This document shows, piece after piece, positions 8,959-19,073 of a stretch of 39,963 nucleotides of DNA. The notes below the pieces were generated by a model. That model ran no database searches. It had not been told where the DNA came from and saw only the letters and a list, made by a program, of their open reading frames with translations. Location: sequence record SRR2962707_1872; one strand, 5' to 3'. The number at the start of each line of letters is the position of its first letter. Position 1 is the stretch's first letter. The translations under genes were made by a program, and so were the position numbers.

Positions 8959-11175
8959 TTGCGCAATACTTCGAACCAAACATCTGCCTCCCCAGCGTTG
9001 ATCTTCTGGATCATCGCTGGGTGGGTCGGGTACCTGCTTTTGCCTTGGTATGGGGTGGAAGACGGATTTCTGTCGTTTGAATGGTTGGTGGGGGGCTATC
9101 CTCTTGATCCGGATTTTGCACCAGCCGCCTTTTTGATCGGACAAGGTGAAAAGCTGTGGCTTTCGCCATTGCTAATCCCATTGGCCGCGCCGCTGTTCAT
9201 TTTGAACCGCAAGAAAAGCGACCCGCTTTATGCCAAAGTGCTGCTTTTGTCCGGCGCGGTGGGGTTCAGCTGGTTGATGGCGCAGGGATTTGGCATCGGC
9301 ATCCGCGGATTTACGTTTGAGTGGCTGACGGCCTTATTTGGCGATTTGGGAGATCGACAGTTTGGTATGGGGTATGGCGCGCTTTTGGTTGCGTCGGCCT
9401 TTTTGTTTTTGTTCACACAAGGCATTGCGGCGCGTGGCGCAATAAACGGCGATGTCTTTGTTGTCAGCGCCATTGGTGGCGTGATTGTCATTGTGACAAC
9501 CTTCGTCTTCTTCCCGATTTCAAAGATGCTTCTGGCGGCCTTTGTCACCGAAGAAGGTGGGTATTCGGCAACGATATTCGCGGCGAAGTTTTTTGATGAC
9601 CGGCTTTGGGGGCTTGGTTGCCTGACCGGCGGGCGATGCGGTGTTGCCTGGAACTCATTGTTCCTGGCTATTCTTGTTGGCTTTCTCACCACCGTACTGG
9701 GGTTGGTCTTTGCCTTGGTCGTGACCCGGTCAGGCTTTCGTTACAAACGCGCGCTTCGGGCGCTGACCGTCCTACCAATTATTACGCCGCCGTTCGTCAT
9801 CGGGTTGGCGTTGATCTTATTGTTTGGCCTTTCGGGATCTGTTACCCAGTTTGTCGCTGACTTGTTTGGCGTCCAGCCGACGCGGTGGCTCTATGGTATG
9901 CCCGGTGTCTTGATTGCACAAACACTGGCATTTACGCCTATCGCATTCCTAGTCTTGATCGGGGTTGTCGAAGGCGTCTCTCCGTCGATGGAAGAAGCGG
10001 CGCAAACCTTGCGCGCCAACCGTTGGCAAACCTTCCGAACAGTATCCTTACCGCTGATGCGCCCGGGCTTGGCGAATGCCTTCCTTTTGGGCTTTATCGA
10101 AAGCATGGCAGATTTTGGCAACCCGCTGGTTCTAGGCGGTAATTTTGATGTGCTGTCGACCGAGATTTTCTTTGCCATCGTTGGTGCGCAATATGATCAA
10201 AGCCGAGCGGCTGTTCTGGCGATGGTCTTGCTGTTCTTTACCCTGTCGGCCTTTTATGCGCAGCGCATGTGGCTTGGGAAGAAAAGCTATACAACTGTGT
10301 CGGGTAAGGGCGACGCTGGCGTGCATCCTTTGATGCCCAGCGGTCTTTCCGTTCCGGTATTCATTGCCGCTGGCATGTGGGGTTTGTTCACGATAATCGT
10401 TTACGCCATGATCCTTTACGGCAGTGTGGTTGAGCTGTGGGGCGTCAACAATACGCTGACCTTCAAGCATTATGTAACGGCGTTTTCAGTCCGCATCGAG
10501 GAAAGTGGGATCCGCTGGACCGGCGCTGCATGGGACAGTTTCTGGACCACGATCTATATTGCCGCGGCGGCTGCACCTTTGACGGCAATAGTTGGTTTGA
10601 TCACGGCCTACTTACTCACGCGCCAAACCTTTGCAGGCAAGAACGCGTTTGAGTTTGGCACAATGCTAAGCTTTGCCATTCCCGGAACAGTCATCGGTGT
10701 CAGTTATATCCTTGCGTTCAACGTACCTCCGATTGAGATCACAGGCACCGGCATCATTCTGATTGTCAGTTTCATTTTCCGAAACATGCCGGTGGGTGTC
10801 CGCGCGGGTATTGCGTCGATGAGTCAGTTGGACAAATCGCTCGATGAATCCTCGCTGACTTTGGGTGCCAATTCGTGGCAAACGTTCCGTAAAGTGATTT
10901 TGCCGCTGCTGAGACCGGCCATTCTGGCGGCTTTGGTCTATAGCTTTGTGCGTGCCATGACGGCGATTTCCGCTGTGATCTTCTTGGTGTCTGCCGAATA
11001 CGATATGGCCACCAGTTACATTATCGGGCGGGTCGAAAACAATGACTACGGTCTTGCGATTGCTTATTCGACAACGCTGATCTTCGTGATGCTCGCGGTG
11101 GTTGGAATGATGCAAGTGATCGTCGGGCGAACTGAAATAGGACGGCGCTTAAACCAGTCGCGGACCAATGTCTGA
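8959..11175 (+). CDS. ABC permease, fused double-domain FbpB/AfuB type
   Basis: Many TM helices; two EAA-type loops (MEEAAQTLRA, LDESSLTLGA); DFGNP. TTG start uncertain. Confidence 0.85.
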   Translation: MRNTSNQTSASPALIFWIIAGWVGYLLLPWYGVEDGFLSFEWLVGGYPLDPDFAPAAFLIGQGEKLWLSPLLIPLAAPLFILNRKKSDPLYAKVLLLSGAVGFSWLMAQGFGIGIRGFTFEWLTALFGDLGDRQFGMGYGALLVASAFLFLFTQGIAARGAINGDVFVVSAIGGVIVIVTTFVFFPISKMLLAAFVTEEGGYSATIFAAKFFDDRLWGLGCLTGGRCGVAWNSLFLAILVGFLTTVLGLVFALVVTRSGFRYKRALRALTVLPIITPPFVIGLALILLFGLSGSVTQFVADLFGVQPTRWLYGMPGVLIAQTLAFTPIAFLVLIGVVEGVSPSMEEAAQTLRANRWQTFRTVSLPLMRPGLANAFLLGFIESMADFGNPLVLGGNFDVLSTEIFFAIVGAQYDQSRAAVLAMVLLFFTLSAFYAQRMWLGKKSYTTVSGKGDAGVHPLMPSGLSVPVFIAAGMWGLFTIIVYAMILYGSVVELWGVNNTLTFKHYVTAFSVRIEESGIRWTGAAWDSFWTTIYIAAAAAPLTAIVGLITAYLLTRQTFAGKNAFEFGTMLSFAIPGTVIGVSYILAFNVPPIEITGTGIILIVSFIFRNMPVGVRAGIASMSQLDKSLDESSLTLGANSWQTFRKVILPLLRPAILAALVYSFVRAMTAISAVIFLVSAEYDMATSYIIGRVENNDYGLAIAYSTTLIFVMLAVVGMMQVIVGRTEIGRRLNQSRTNV

Positions 11176-11184
11176 GGTAACCTC

Positions 11185-12252
11185 ATGAAAATAAATTCCA
11201 AAGCGGCCCCTGTGTCCTTCGAGAATGTCAGCAAGTCGTATGGCGGAGATGTTCTGGCGGTCAACTCCGTGAATCTGAAGATCGATGCCGGAAAGCTGGT
11301 CACGTTACTCGGGCCATCTGGCTGTGGGAAGACAACGACCTTGCGGATGATTGCTGGTCTTGAAATGGCGACCTCCGGCAGGATCATGATCGGCGATGTT
11401 GATGTCACGTCCTTGCCCGCAACGGACCGGGACGTGTCGATGGTGTTTCAGTCTTACGCGCTGTTTCCTCATATGAGTGTGCTGGAAAACGTCTCTTATG
11501 GCCTGACGTTCTCTGGCTTTTCCAAAGCGGAAACTAGGGAACGCGCGTTGGCGGGGCTGGATCTGGTGGGGCTTAAGGGCTTTGATGGCCGTCTGCCAAG
11601 TGAATTGTCAGGTGGTCAGCAGCAAAGGGTCGCCGTGGCGCGGGCCTTGGTTCTAGAGCCTCAGGTGCTTTTGTTCGACGAACCCTTGTCCAATCTGGAC
11701 GCAAAGCTGCGCCGTCAGGTCCGCGAAGACATCCGTGCGATCCAGCAAGACCTTGGGCTGACAGTGGTCTATGTCACACATGATCAGGAAGAGGCACTGG
11801 CGGTATCGGATGAGATCGTTGTCATGCGAAACGCGTCGATCGCACAGATCGGCACGCCGCGCAGCCTGTATGATGCGCCTGTGGACCGGTTCGTCGCCGA
11901 TTTTATTGGGGAAGCGAATATCATTCCCTGCATGATCGACAGTGTGGATGAGAATGACATGGCGACGATTTCAATCGAAGACTATCGCCACGTTTTGCCC
12001 GCACGTGGTTTGGGTGCTGGCGAGGCCAAATTGGCGGTGCGGCCCTCTCGATTGGTGATTGGGGCAGAGCGGGGGTTTCAGGCTCGGATTTCAAAAGCGA
12101 CCTATGTCGGCGTGCGTATGGAATACACACTAGAGGCCAGTTTTGGATCCATGTTCGCCGTGCAGGATGAAGTCGACACACCCTTAGAGGTTGGTGCCGA
12201 CGTCACTGTTGGTTTTTCAGCTAAAGGGCCTGTGCTTCTACCCGAAGCTTAG
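11185..12252 (+). CDS. ABC ATP-binding protein (AfuC/PotA family)
   Basis: Walker A GPSGCGKT, LSGGQQQR, Walker B LLFDEP, VTHDQ; GAGG SD. Confidence 0.92.
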   Translation: MKINSKAAPVSFENVSKSYGGDVLAVNSVNLKIDAGKLVTLLGPSGCGKTTTLRMIAGLEMATSGRIMIGDVDVTSLPATDRDVSMVFQSYALFPHMSVLENVSYGLTFSGFSKAETRERALAGLDLVGLKGFDGRLPSELSGGQQQRVAVARALVLEPQVLLFDEPLSNLDAKLRRQVREDIRAIQQDLGLTVVYVTHDQEEALAVSDEIVVMRNASIAQIGTPRSLYDAPVDRFVADFIGEANIIPCMIDSVDENDMATISIEDYRHVLPARGLGAGEAKLAVRPSRLVIGAERGFQARISKATYVGVRMEYTLEASFGSMFAVQDEVDTPLEVGADVTVGFSAKGPVLLPEA

Positions 12253-13034
12253 TCTTGGTGACCAAAGGCTGATTTGGAGAGGTCCAGCAGACGGTCAAAC
12301 ACTAGGGCGGTGCCGACAACGACACGCCCGCCGTCACGGATCATGGCGTCTGCGTTTTGAATTTCAACGCGTCCCCCGGCTTCGGCCACGATCAATTGAC
12401 CGGCAAGGCAGTCCCAGGCATTCATGTGTTCTTCGGTGTAGCCCAACAGCCGCCCAGCGGCGACATAGGCCAGTGAAAGCGCGCCTGAAGCATTTCTGTA
12501 GAACATTGTCCCTTCGTTGACCAAAGCGGTCACCAAGCGCACGATGCCCTGATCTTCAACTCGGTTTGAGTACCCAATCCCAACGGTTCCCTCAGACATG
12601 GCGCGAGGGTCTTCCAGTACAAGGGGCGCACCGTTCAGTAATGCTCCGTTTCCCTTTGTTGCGACGTATGTTTCATTATTGCAGGGGTCAAAGATGACAC
12701 CAACCTGTGTCTCTCCGTCCTGTACTCCGGCAACAACCACCGTCCACGCCGGAATGCCGTTGATGAAATTCGTTGTACCATCGATGGGGTCGATCACCCA
12801 TGTAAAGCCTGAGCTGCCTTCGGTCGGTGCATGTTCTTCGCCGACAATCGCGTCGTCAGGAAAGGCCTTGGACAGCAAGTCTCGCGTCAATAACTCAACG
12901 TTTCGGTCAGCTTGGGAGACAAAGTCCTGATGGCCTTTGTGATCAATAACCAGCGTTTCCTGATCGTTGAAATACTTCAGGGCCAGTTGACCGGCCTCGT
13001 GACAGATCGCAATCAATTGAGTGGTCCGGTCCAT
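12249..13034 (-). CDS. Inositol monophosphatase family phosphatase
   Basis: GEE, WVIDPIDGTTNF, WDCLAG motifs; start reassigned to ATG 13034 (AAGGA 8 nt upstream); stop overlaps the ATPase stop convergently. Confidence 0.88.
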   Translation of the reverse strand: MDRTTQLIAICHEAGQLALKYFNDQETLVIDHKGHQDFVSQADRNVELLTRDLLSKAFPDDAIVGEEHAPTEGSSGFTWVIDPIDGTTNFINGIPAWTVVVAGVQDGETQVGVIFDPCNNETYVATKGNGALLNGAPLVLEDPRAMSEGTVGIGYSNRVEDQGIVRLVTALVNEGTMFYRNASGALSLAYVAAGRLLGYTEEHMNAWDCLAGQLIVAEAGGRVEIQNADAMIRDGGRVVVGTALVFDRLLDLSKSAFGHQD

Positions 13035-13452
13035 CAAGATCATCCTTTTCCGAGCAGGGTTAAACCAGACTAGGGCAAGTCTGTTCAAATAACAAAGGAA
13101 CACTTGGTTCGCACCCGTAACCGCCAAACGAGGCCATATTTCAATGTTTGGAACGGATGTGTCCTGCGTGAAATTTCGGGTGAACGAGCGAGGTCCTGCG
13201 CGTCGTGTTCAAATCAGGCCTCGCTGATTTTAGAACTCTAACGGCGCACGGTCAGGAGGCATTTGCGCTGTTTTGCCAATGCGGAGGCTAATTTAGAAAG
13301 ACATCTGTACGTTCACTATCAATGATACGGGCGCATTCTGCTCTGGATCTTTTGGGGCGCACCGCGCTTAAGCGTCGGTTCCGCCGAGAGATGCTAAAAA
13401 ATCCAACATCACTCAAAAAAAATCTGCGGAATTCGCGGACCAGAAAATGTTA

Positions 13453-13470
13453 TGGTTTATCGATTAATCA
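13453..13470. promoter_or_regulatory. LacI-type operator, upstream copy
   Basis: TGGTTTATCGATTAATCA, imperfect palindrome with central CG, similar to the copy at 13496. Confidence 0.6.
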
Positions 13471-13495
13471 AAACAATTGACTCGGCAGGCAAGGT

Positions 13496-13513
13496 TGATT
13501 AACCGTTTAATCA
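13496..13513. promoter_or_regulatory. LacI-type operator overlapping the promoter of the LacI/nucleoside operon
   Basis: TGATTAACCGTTTAATCA near-perfect palindrome with central CG; a TTGACT -35-like hexamer at 13477-13482 lies between the two copies. Confidence 0.7.
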
Positions 13514-13525
13514 TGGGTGATTCAG

Positions 13526-14500
13526 ATGAGTAGCATCAAAAAAATCGCAGCGGACCTCGGAGTTTCTTCTGCCACCGTGTCTAACGCACTTGCCGGTAAA
13601 GGGCGTGTTTCCGAAGCCGTTGCAGAACGTATCCGGGTCCGGGCAAATGAGCTTGGCTTTCAACCCAGCATGACTGCTAGGGCTCTTAAAACGGGGCGCT
13701 CTGGCATTCTTGGATTGGTTATGCCGGATCTCACCAACCCCCTTTTTCCAAAGCTTGCTCAAAGCGTTGAAACCGCGGCCACTAAGGCCGGCTACGGGGT
13801 GCTGATCGCGGATTCTCGCGGAAGTGTTGAGGATCAGGCTGCCGCTATTCAACGCCTGCGCCAACGGGGTGTCGACGGGCTGGTACTGATCCCGAACAAG
13901 GGATCTCGTCCGATGGTCAAGGCCTTACCCACAGTTGTCATTCACACGCCGACAGACCCAGAAAACACGGTTTCTTCGGATCACGTCGATGGCGGGCGAA
14001 TGGCGGCGCAAGCCATGATCGATCTTGGTCACCGTTCTTTTCTGTTGATTGGGGGCGACCGAAGCTCTCAGGTTCAGAACGACCGCATCCAAGGGATGAT
14101 TTTAGCGATTAAAACCTGCGGAAGCTTTCAAATTTTCTGGAGCAGTACCGAATTCCCGGACCTCGCGGATTGTGCGTCCAAAGGGGTTACAGCCGCCCTT
14201 ACCACTTCAGACCTTGTGGCGTTGCGCGTTCTAAGCGACGCGCACCAGTCCGGTTTAGAAGTCCCTCGACAGCTAAGCATCATGGGTTTTGACGATCTGC
14301 CACTTGGTTTGGCAGTTAGACCCATGCTGTCGACCGTTGAACAAGACGTATCGGAAATTGCCGAGACCGCCATCAATTACCTTCAAGCGAAAATTGAAAA
14401 CACCAAACCAACACCCGACGGAAAAGCCGTCAAAATGAAAGTTGTTCTACGCGATTCAACCGCCAAACCGATCTCACCACAACATGGAGAAACCAAATGA
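13526..14500 (+). CDS. LacI-family transcriptional regulator
   Basis: SIKKIAADLGVSSATVSNAL HTH, ARALK hinge, VPRQLSIMGFDD, VVLRDST; start ATG 13526 or GTG 13517. Confidence 0.92.
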   Translation: MSSIKKIAADLGVSSATVSNALAGKGRVSEAVAERIRVRANELGFQPSMTARALKTGRSGILGLVMPDLTNPLFPKLAQSVETAATKAGYGVLIADSRGSVEDQAAAIQRLRQRGVDGLVLIPNKGSRPMVKALPTVVIHTPTDPENTVSSDHVDGGRMAAQAMIDLGHRSFLLIGGDRSSQVQNDRIQGMILAIKTCGSFQIFWSSTEFPDLADCASKGVTAALTTSDLVALRVLSDAHQSGLEVPRQLSIMGFDDLPLGLAVRPMLSTVEQDVSEIAETAINYLQAKIENTKPTPDGKAVKMKVVLRDSTAKPISPQHGETK

Positions 14501-15516
14501 AGAACCTGCTACTATCTGCAAGTGCAGTGACATTGTGTGCAACTGCCGCTTTTGCCCAAGACAAGACATTAACGATCTCCGTCTATTCTTTTGCGCAAGA
14601 CGCGTACAAAGAAGCGCTCTATGACCCCTTCGAAGAAATCTGCGGGTGTGAGCTGGTGATCGAAACCGGCAACAGTGTCGAGCGCATGGCAAAGATCGAA
14701 GCGAATGCTGCTGATCCCGTCATCGATATGGCTGTAATTTCCTCTCATGATGCTTTGGCGTTGGCCGACAAGGGCCTATTGGCTGAAATCGACCCATCCA
14801 AGCTCAACAGCTACGGAGAGCTATATCCATCCGCTCAAAACCCCCTCAGCAACAACATGGCGGTAGGCTATACATTCTATGCCAGCTCAATCGTCTATCG
14901 GTCTGACCTTCTGACGATCGAAAGCTGGGGTGACCTGTTCTCACCCGAGTTGGCCGGGCGCGTGTCGCTGCCAACGATTACCGGTACACAGGGGCCGCTC
15001 ACGTTGATGATGCTCAATGCGGCACTAGAACAGGACCCATCTGACTTTGGCCCGACAATTGAGGCGATCGGTGAAAAAGCCGATGACATCGTGACCTTCT
15101 ATTCTCGCTCTTCTGAGCTGGCCCAATTGATGTTGCAGGAAGAAGTCATTGCCGCCCCAGTTGGTCGTTTTGCCTGGAGCCGTTTCAAAAACACTGACAT
15201 GCCGTTTGCTTGGGCTGACCCAGTCGAGGGACAGGCCGGTGGCATGAACGTTATGCTGATGACCAAGGGCAACGGCAACGAAGAGTTGGCGTATCAATTC
15301 ATGGACTATTGGCTCTCGGCAGAGGTTCAGACTCGTATCGCAATCGCTCAGATTGACAGCCCTGCCAACATGACCGTGACGGTTTCCGATGAAGTGGCCG
15401 AAGGTCTGACCTATGGCGCGGACCTGATTAAATCGCTCAAGATTTTGCCACCGGCTGAGATCATCGCCAAGCGGGATGGTTGGGTTGATCAGTGGAACAA
15501 CGTCGTCATTAAATAA
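14497..15516 (+). CDS. ABC substrate-binding protein, PotD/PotF-like (substrate probably a purine nucleoside/base)
   Basis: Signal peptide ending AFA; SWGDLFSPEL, PVEG, AYQFMDYWLS; ATGA overlap with lacI. Confidence 0.82.
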   Translation: MKNLLLSASAVTLCATAAFAQDKTLTISVYSFAQDAYKEALYDPFEEICGCELVIETGNSVERMAKIEANAADPVIDMAVISSHDALALADKGLLAEIDPSKLNSYGELYPSAQNPLSNNMAVGYTFYASSIVYRSDLLTIESWGDLFSPELAGRVSLPTITGTQGPLTLMMLNAALEQDPSDFGPTIEAIGEKADDIVTFYSRSSELAQLMLQEEVIAAPVGRFAWSRFKNTDMPFAWADPVEGQAGGMNVMLMTKGNGNEELAYQFMDYWLSAEVQTRIAIAQIDSPANMTVTVSDEVAEGLTYGADLIKSLKILPPAEIIAKRDGWVDQWNNVVIK

Positions 15517-15525
15517 GTCCTAAAT

Positions 15526-15549
15526 CGGTGGGGGCTTAGGCGCCCACCG
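15526..15549 (+). other. Intercistronic stem-loop after the binding-protein gene
   Basis: CGGTGGG-N10-CCCACCG, no U tract; typical mRNA-stabilising position. Confidence 0.5.
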
Positions 15550-15571
15550 CATGTAAAGAAAGGAGACGGCC

Positions 15572-16393
15572 ATGTTTCAGAACCGACGAGAAGGACTGGC
15601 GCTTGCGCTGCCTGCGGCCGTCTTCTCTTTTCTATTATTCCTTGTCCCTGTTGCCATTCTTTTGTCAGAAGGCTTCCAATTCGAAGGCAGCTGGTCGCTT
15701 CAAGGCTATCTAGATTTCTTCGCTCAGCCGTTAAACCAACGGGTCTTTCTGCGCACCCTAAAGCTTGGGGTTTTGGTCGCCGGTACTGCCGCGATCATCG
15801 GCTATGCCGCCGCGTTTTGTATCGTCAATCTGAATGCTACAGCGCGCGGTCGGATTTTCGGCTTGGTTGTGCTTCCCTTGATGATTTCACCGGTTGCCCG
15901 GACCTATGCCTGGATTGTTATTCTTGGGCGGACCGGCATCGTGAATGACACGATTGTCGGCTTGGGCTTATCTGACACACCGATCCGACTTCTGTTTACA
16001 GAGACGGCGGTGTTCCTGGGGCTGCTGCAACTCTTTTTACCTCTGATGATCATTTCGCTGGTCAGTGCGATGGAAAACATTCCCCGAGATGCCATTCCCG
16101 CAGCACGCGTTCTGGGCGCCAATTGGTTTCAGGTTTTCGCACGGGTCATTTTGCCGTTAACCAAAGAGGGGCTGGTGATGGGGGGAACACTTGTTTTCAC
16201 CGGGGCATTGACGGCCTATATCACACCGGCGATCCTTGGGGGATCAAAAGTGCTGATGCTCGAAACACTCCTGTATCAAAAGGTAAATGTTTCCAATGAC
16301 TTTGTGAGCGCCAGCGTGATCGCAATGATCCTGATCGTCATGAGCTTTTCGGCCAATCTTCTCCTGAAACGCATAGCAACGGCGAGGCGCTGA
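15572..16393 (+). CDS. ABC permease, PotB-like
   Basis: Six TM segments, RTYAW..ILG..GIVN, AARVLGA loop, TPAILGG; AAGGAG SD. Confidence 0.88.
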   Translation: MFQNRREGLALALPAAVFSFLLFLVPVAILLSEGFQFEGSWSLQGYLDFFAQPLNQRVFLRTLKLGVLVAGTAAIIGYAAAFCIVNLNATARGRIFGLVVLPLMISPVARTYAWIVILGRTGIVNDTIVGLGLSDTPIRLLFTETAVFLGLLQLFLPLMIISLVSAMENIPRDAIPAARVLGANWFQVFARVILPLTKEGLVMGGTLVFTGALTAYITPAILGGSKVLMLETLLYQKVNVSNDFVSASVIAMILIVMSFSANLLLKRIATARR

Positions 16394-16394
16394 T

Positions 16395-17174
16395 ATGGCA
16401 CGTAATTGGTCAACCTGGCTTATTCTGGGCCTCACGCTCACATTCCTGATCGGGCCGTTTATCATCATCATCTTCGCCGGCTTATCGGCCGGGAACTCCC
16501 TAGCATTCCCTCCGGATGGGCTGTCGTTGAAATGGTACCTTAAGGTTTTCACCGTCGAAAGTTTCCGTGCCAGCTTTGGATTGTCGATGTTTCTAGCGAT
16601 TTTTGGCACACTGGCCGCCTTGCTTTTGGGCGTACCGGCCGCCTATGCGCTGAACCGGTACAAGCTGCCGGGGTCGGAAACCATTCGCACGATTGTTGCC
16701 GCGCCGATCATTGTCCCGGGTATCATCGTGGGCTTGGCGCTGTTGCGTTATCTCGTGGTGCCCTTGGACTTTACGATCACAATGGCGCTGTTCTTTTCAC
16801 ATACGGCTCTTGTTTTGCCCTATGCCGTTCGAGTCGTCTCTTCGAGCTTGAACAATTTGCGTTCAGATATGGAAGAGGCAGCCGTGTTGCTTGGATGCTC
16901 TCGGGTTCAGGCCTTTATGAAAGTCGTTCTGCCTAACATCAGAGGCGGTGTTTTGGCGGCCTTTATCCTTGGCTTTGTGACGAGCTTTAACCAAGTGCCG
17001 GTCTCGCTTTTCCTGTCTGGGCCGGGCGTGCGTACACTGCCCATCGACATGCTGTCTTATATGGAGATCACCTATGATCCTTCCGTGGCCGCATTGTCAG
17101 CCCTTCTTGCCTTCCTTTCCGTTGCAATCGTCTTTGTTGCAGAAAAATTCTTGGGGTTCTCACGTTATGTCTGA
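16395..17174 (+). CDS. ABC permease, PotC-like
   Basis: FPPDGLSLKWY, MEEAAVLLG, TLPI motifs. Confidence 0.88.
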   Translation: MARNWSTWLILGLTLTFLIGPFIIIIFAGLSAGNSLAFPPDGLSLKWYLKVFTVESFRASFGLSMFLAIFGTLAALLLGVPAAYALNRYKLPGSETIRTIVAAPIIVPGIIVGLALLRYLVVPLDFTITMALFFSHTALVLPYAVRVVSSSLNNLRSDMEEAAVLLGCSRVQAFMKVVLPNIRGGVLAAFILGFVTSFNQVPVSLFLSGPGVRTLPIDMLSYMEITYDPSVAALSALLAFLSVAIVFVAEKFLGFSRYV

Positions 17175-18183
17175 CACTTTTGTCTCTCTTACTGATCTGA
17201 CGCTCGCCTACGGAGATTCCGTGGCCGTGCCAAATCTGAATCTCGATATTCGTGAAGGCGAGCTGATCGCGCTCTTGGGGCCATCTGGCTGTGGCAAGAC
17301 CACGACGATGCGGGCCATCGCGGGTCTGATGCCTGCTGCCTCTGGTTCCATCAGCATCGACGGGCGGGATGTCACGCGGGTTGCGGCGAACAAACGCGGC
17401 ATCGGGTTGGTCTTTCAATCCTACGCGCTGTTTCCGCATCTTTCTGCCTTTGAAAACGTCGCTTTTGGTTTGCGTCTCAAGAAAATGCCACAGGCCGAGA
17501 TTACGGCGCGCACAGAACAAGGGCTGAGCACCGTCGGTTTGTCACATCTTGCCGATCGCAAACCGGTTGAGATGTCAGGCGGTCAGCAGCAGCGTCTTGC
17601 CTTGGCGCGTTCTTTGGTAATGGAACCCAGTGTTCTGCTTTTAGACGAACCGCTGTCCAACCTAGACGCCCGGCTGCGGCTTGAGATGCGAAACGAACTG
17701 CAACGCGTCCAGCGCCAAACGGGTGTAACCATGGTGTTTGTGACCCATGACCAAAGCGAGGCGTTGGCGCTTGCGGATCGTATTGTTCTGATGCGCGATG
17801 GTGTTATCGAACAGCTGGGCACACCGGATGAGCTCTATAATGCGCCGGTTTCGGCCTTTGCGGCGGACTTTATGGGGTTCGAAAACATCTTCGTACATAA
17901 GGGTCAGACCCTGTCGAATGACAAAGGGGAATTGCCCGTTTCCTACACCTCAGACGCCCCGTATTTGGGCTGGCGTCCGGGAGCTGTTACAATTGGGGCA
18001 GGGGCGCATTCGGGGCAAGTCAGTGGCGTGGCCTTTGCCGGTCAACATCGGGAATATGTTCTTGAGACAGGGCTTGGCTTCCTACGTGTCGACGACGACG
18101 TGACATCGCCCGCCTATTCAATTGGCGACACGGTTCACTTTGATTTGCCTTTAGAGAGTGCCTGCGCTCTTGCGGGGGATTGA
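17167..18183 (+). CDS. ABC ATP-binding protein, PotA-like
   Basis: Start reassigned to ATG 17167; GPSGCGKT, MSGGQQQR, LLLDEP, VTHDQ. Confidence 0.92.
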   Translation: MSDTFVSLTDLTLAYGDSVAVPNLNLDIREGELIALLGPSGCGKTTTMRAIAGLMPAASGSISIDGRDVTRVAANKRGIGLVFQSYALFPHLSAFENVAFGLRLKKMPQAEITARTEQGLSTVGLSHLADRKPVEMSGGQQQRLALARSLVMEPSVLLLDEPLSNLDARLRLEMRNELQRVQRQTGVTMVFVTHDQSEALALADRIVLMRDGVIEQLGTPDELYNAPVSAFAADFMGFENIFVHKGQTLSNDKGELPVSYTSDAPYLGWRPGAVTIGAGAHSGQVSGVAFAGQHREYVLETGLGFLRVDDDVTSPAYSIGDTVHFDLPLESACALAGD

Positions 18184-19073
18184 TGGGCATCTGGGTCGAC
18201 ACAGACTTTGGATTTGATGACCTGTGGGCGCTTTTGATCCTTTCAGCGGAGGGTATCACCATTGACGGGGTCTCCTTGGTTGCGGGGAACTCAGCGCTAG
18301 AAAAAGTTGCCAAAAATGCCCACGGTGCCCGCGCTGTTTTCAAAGCGGATTGGCCCCTATGTGCCGGGGCTGTACAGCCTCTGCTCAGAAAGCAGGAAAC
18401 GGCGGAACGCATTTTAGGACCTTCTGGAATGATGAGCCGAGGGAAGCGATTGCCGGACGTTGCGGTTCAAGAACTTCCGGCCTTTGCAACTGCGATGCGT
18501 AAATGGTTAACCAACGGTCAATCCAGACACGAGGTTTTGGCGCTTGGTCCTCTGACCAACTTGGCCATGCTTCGCGAGGCCGCACCTCAGGAATTCGCCA
18601 AGATCGATCGCATTGTTTGGATGGGCGGGGCGTCAGGACGCGGAAATCATAGTGCCTTCGCAGAGTTCAACGCCCTCGCGGACCCAGAAGCGGCGGCTCA
18701 GGTTCTTGCATCAGGGATTAAAGTAGACATTGTTGATCTTGAAATATGTCGTTCTGTAACTTTCGCAGAAGGCGACATGCCAAAAGACCTCTCTCCCCTG
18801 TTGCGGGATCTCTTGGGGGGGTATCTTGATATTGCCCTGTCGCGCGGGCGCTCCGAAATGGCGATCTATGATCCCTTGGCCGCGCTTGCCTTATGCTGCC
18901 CCGAGACCGTTGAATTTCGCCCTGTAGAAGCAAGAGTCGATGTTGACCTTTCTGAGCGCTATGGCCAGACAACTTTTGCGCCCTCGACCACAAGTCCAGT
19001 TCGTCTTGGTGTCGCGCCTGTTCCAGATGCGGCGACCCGCTGCCTCACTGCTCTTAGAAAGGCCTCGCAATGA
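18183..19073 (+). CDS. Nucleoside hydrolase (IU-NH family), atypical active site
   Basis: DTDFGFDD Ca-binding motif, VAGN, LGPLTNLA, MGG, AEFN..ADPEAA; TGATG coupling with the ATPase. Confidence 0.88.
   Translation: MGIWVDTDFGFDDLWALLILSAEGITIDGVSLVAGNSALEKVAKNAHGARAVFKADWPLCAGAVQPLLRKQETAERILGPSGMMSRGKRLPDVAVQELPAFATAMRKWLTNGQSRHEVLALGPLTNLAMLREAAPQEFAKIDRIVWMGGASGRGNHSAFAEFNALADPEAAAQVLASGIKVDIVDLEICRSVTFAEGDMPKDLSPLLRDLLGGYLDIALSRGRSEMAIYDPLAALALCCPETVEFRPVEARVDVDLSERYGQTTFAPSTTSPVRLGVAPVPDAATRCLTALRKASQ

Noticed and set aside
13035..13450. Possible gene remnant or riboswitch in the divergent IMPase/lacI gap
   Set aside because: No convincing ORF, repeat or recognisable riboswitch consensus.
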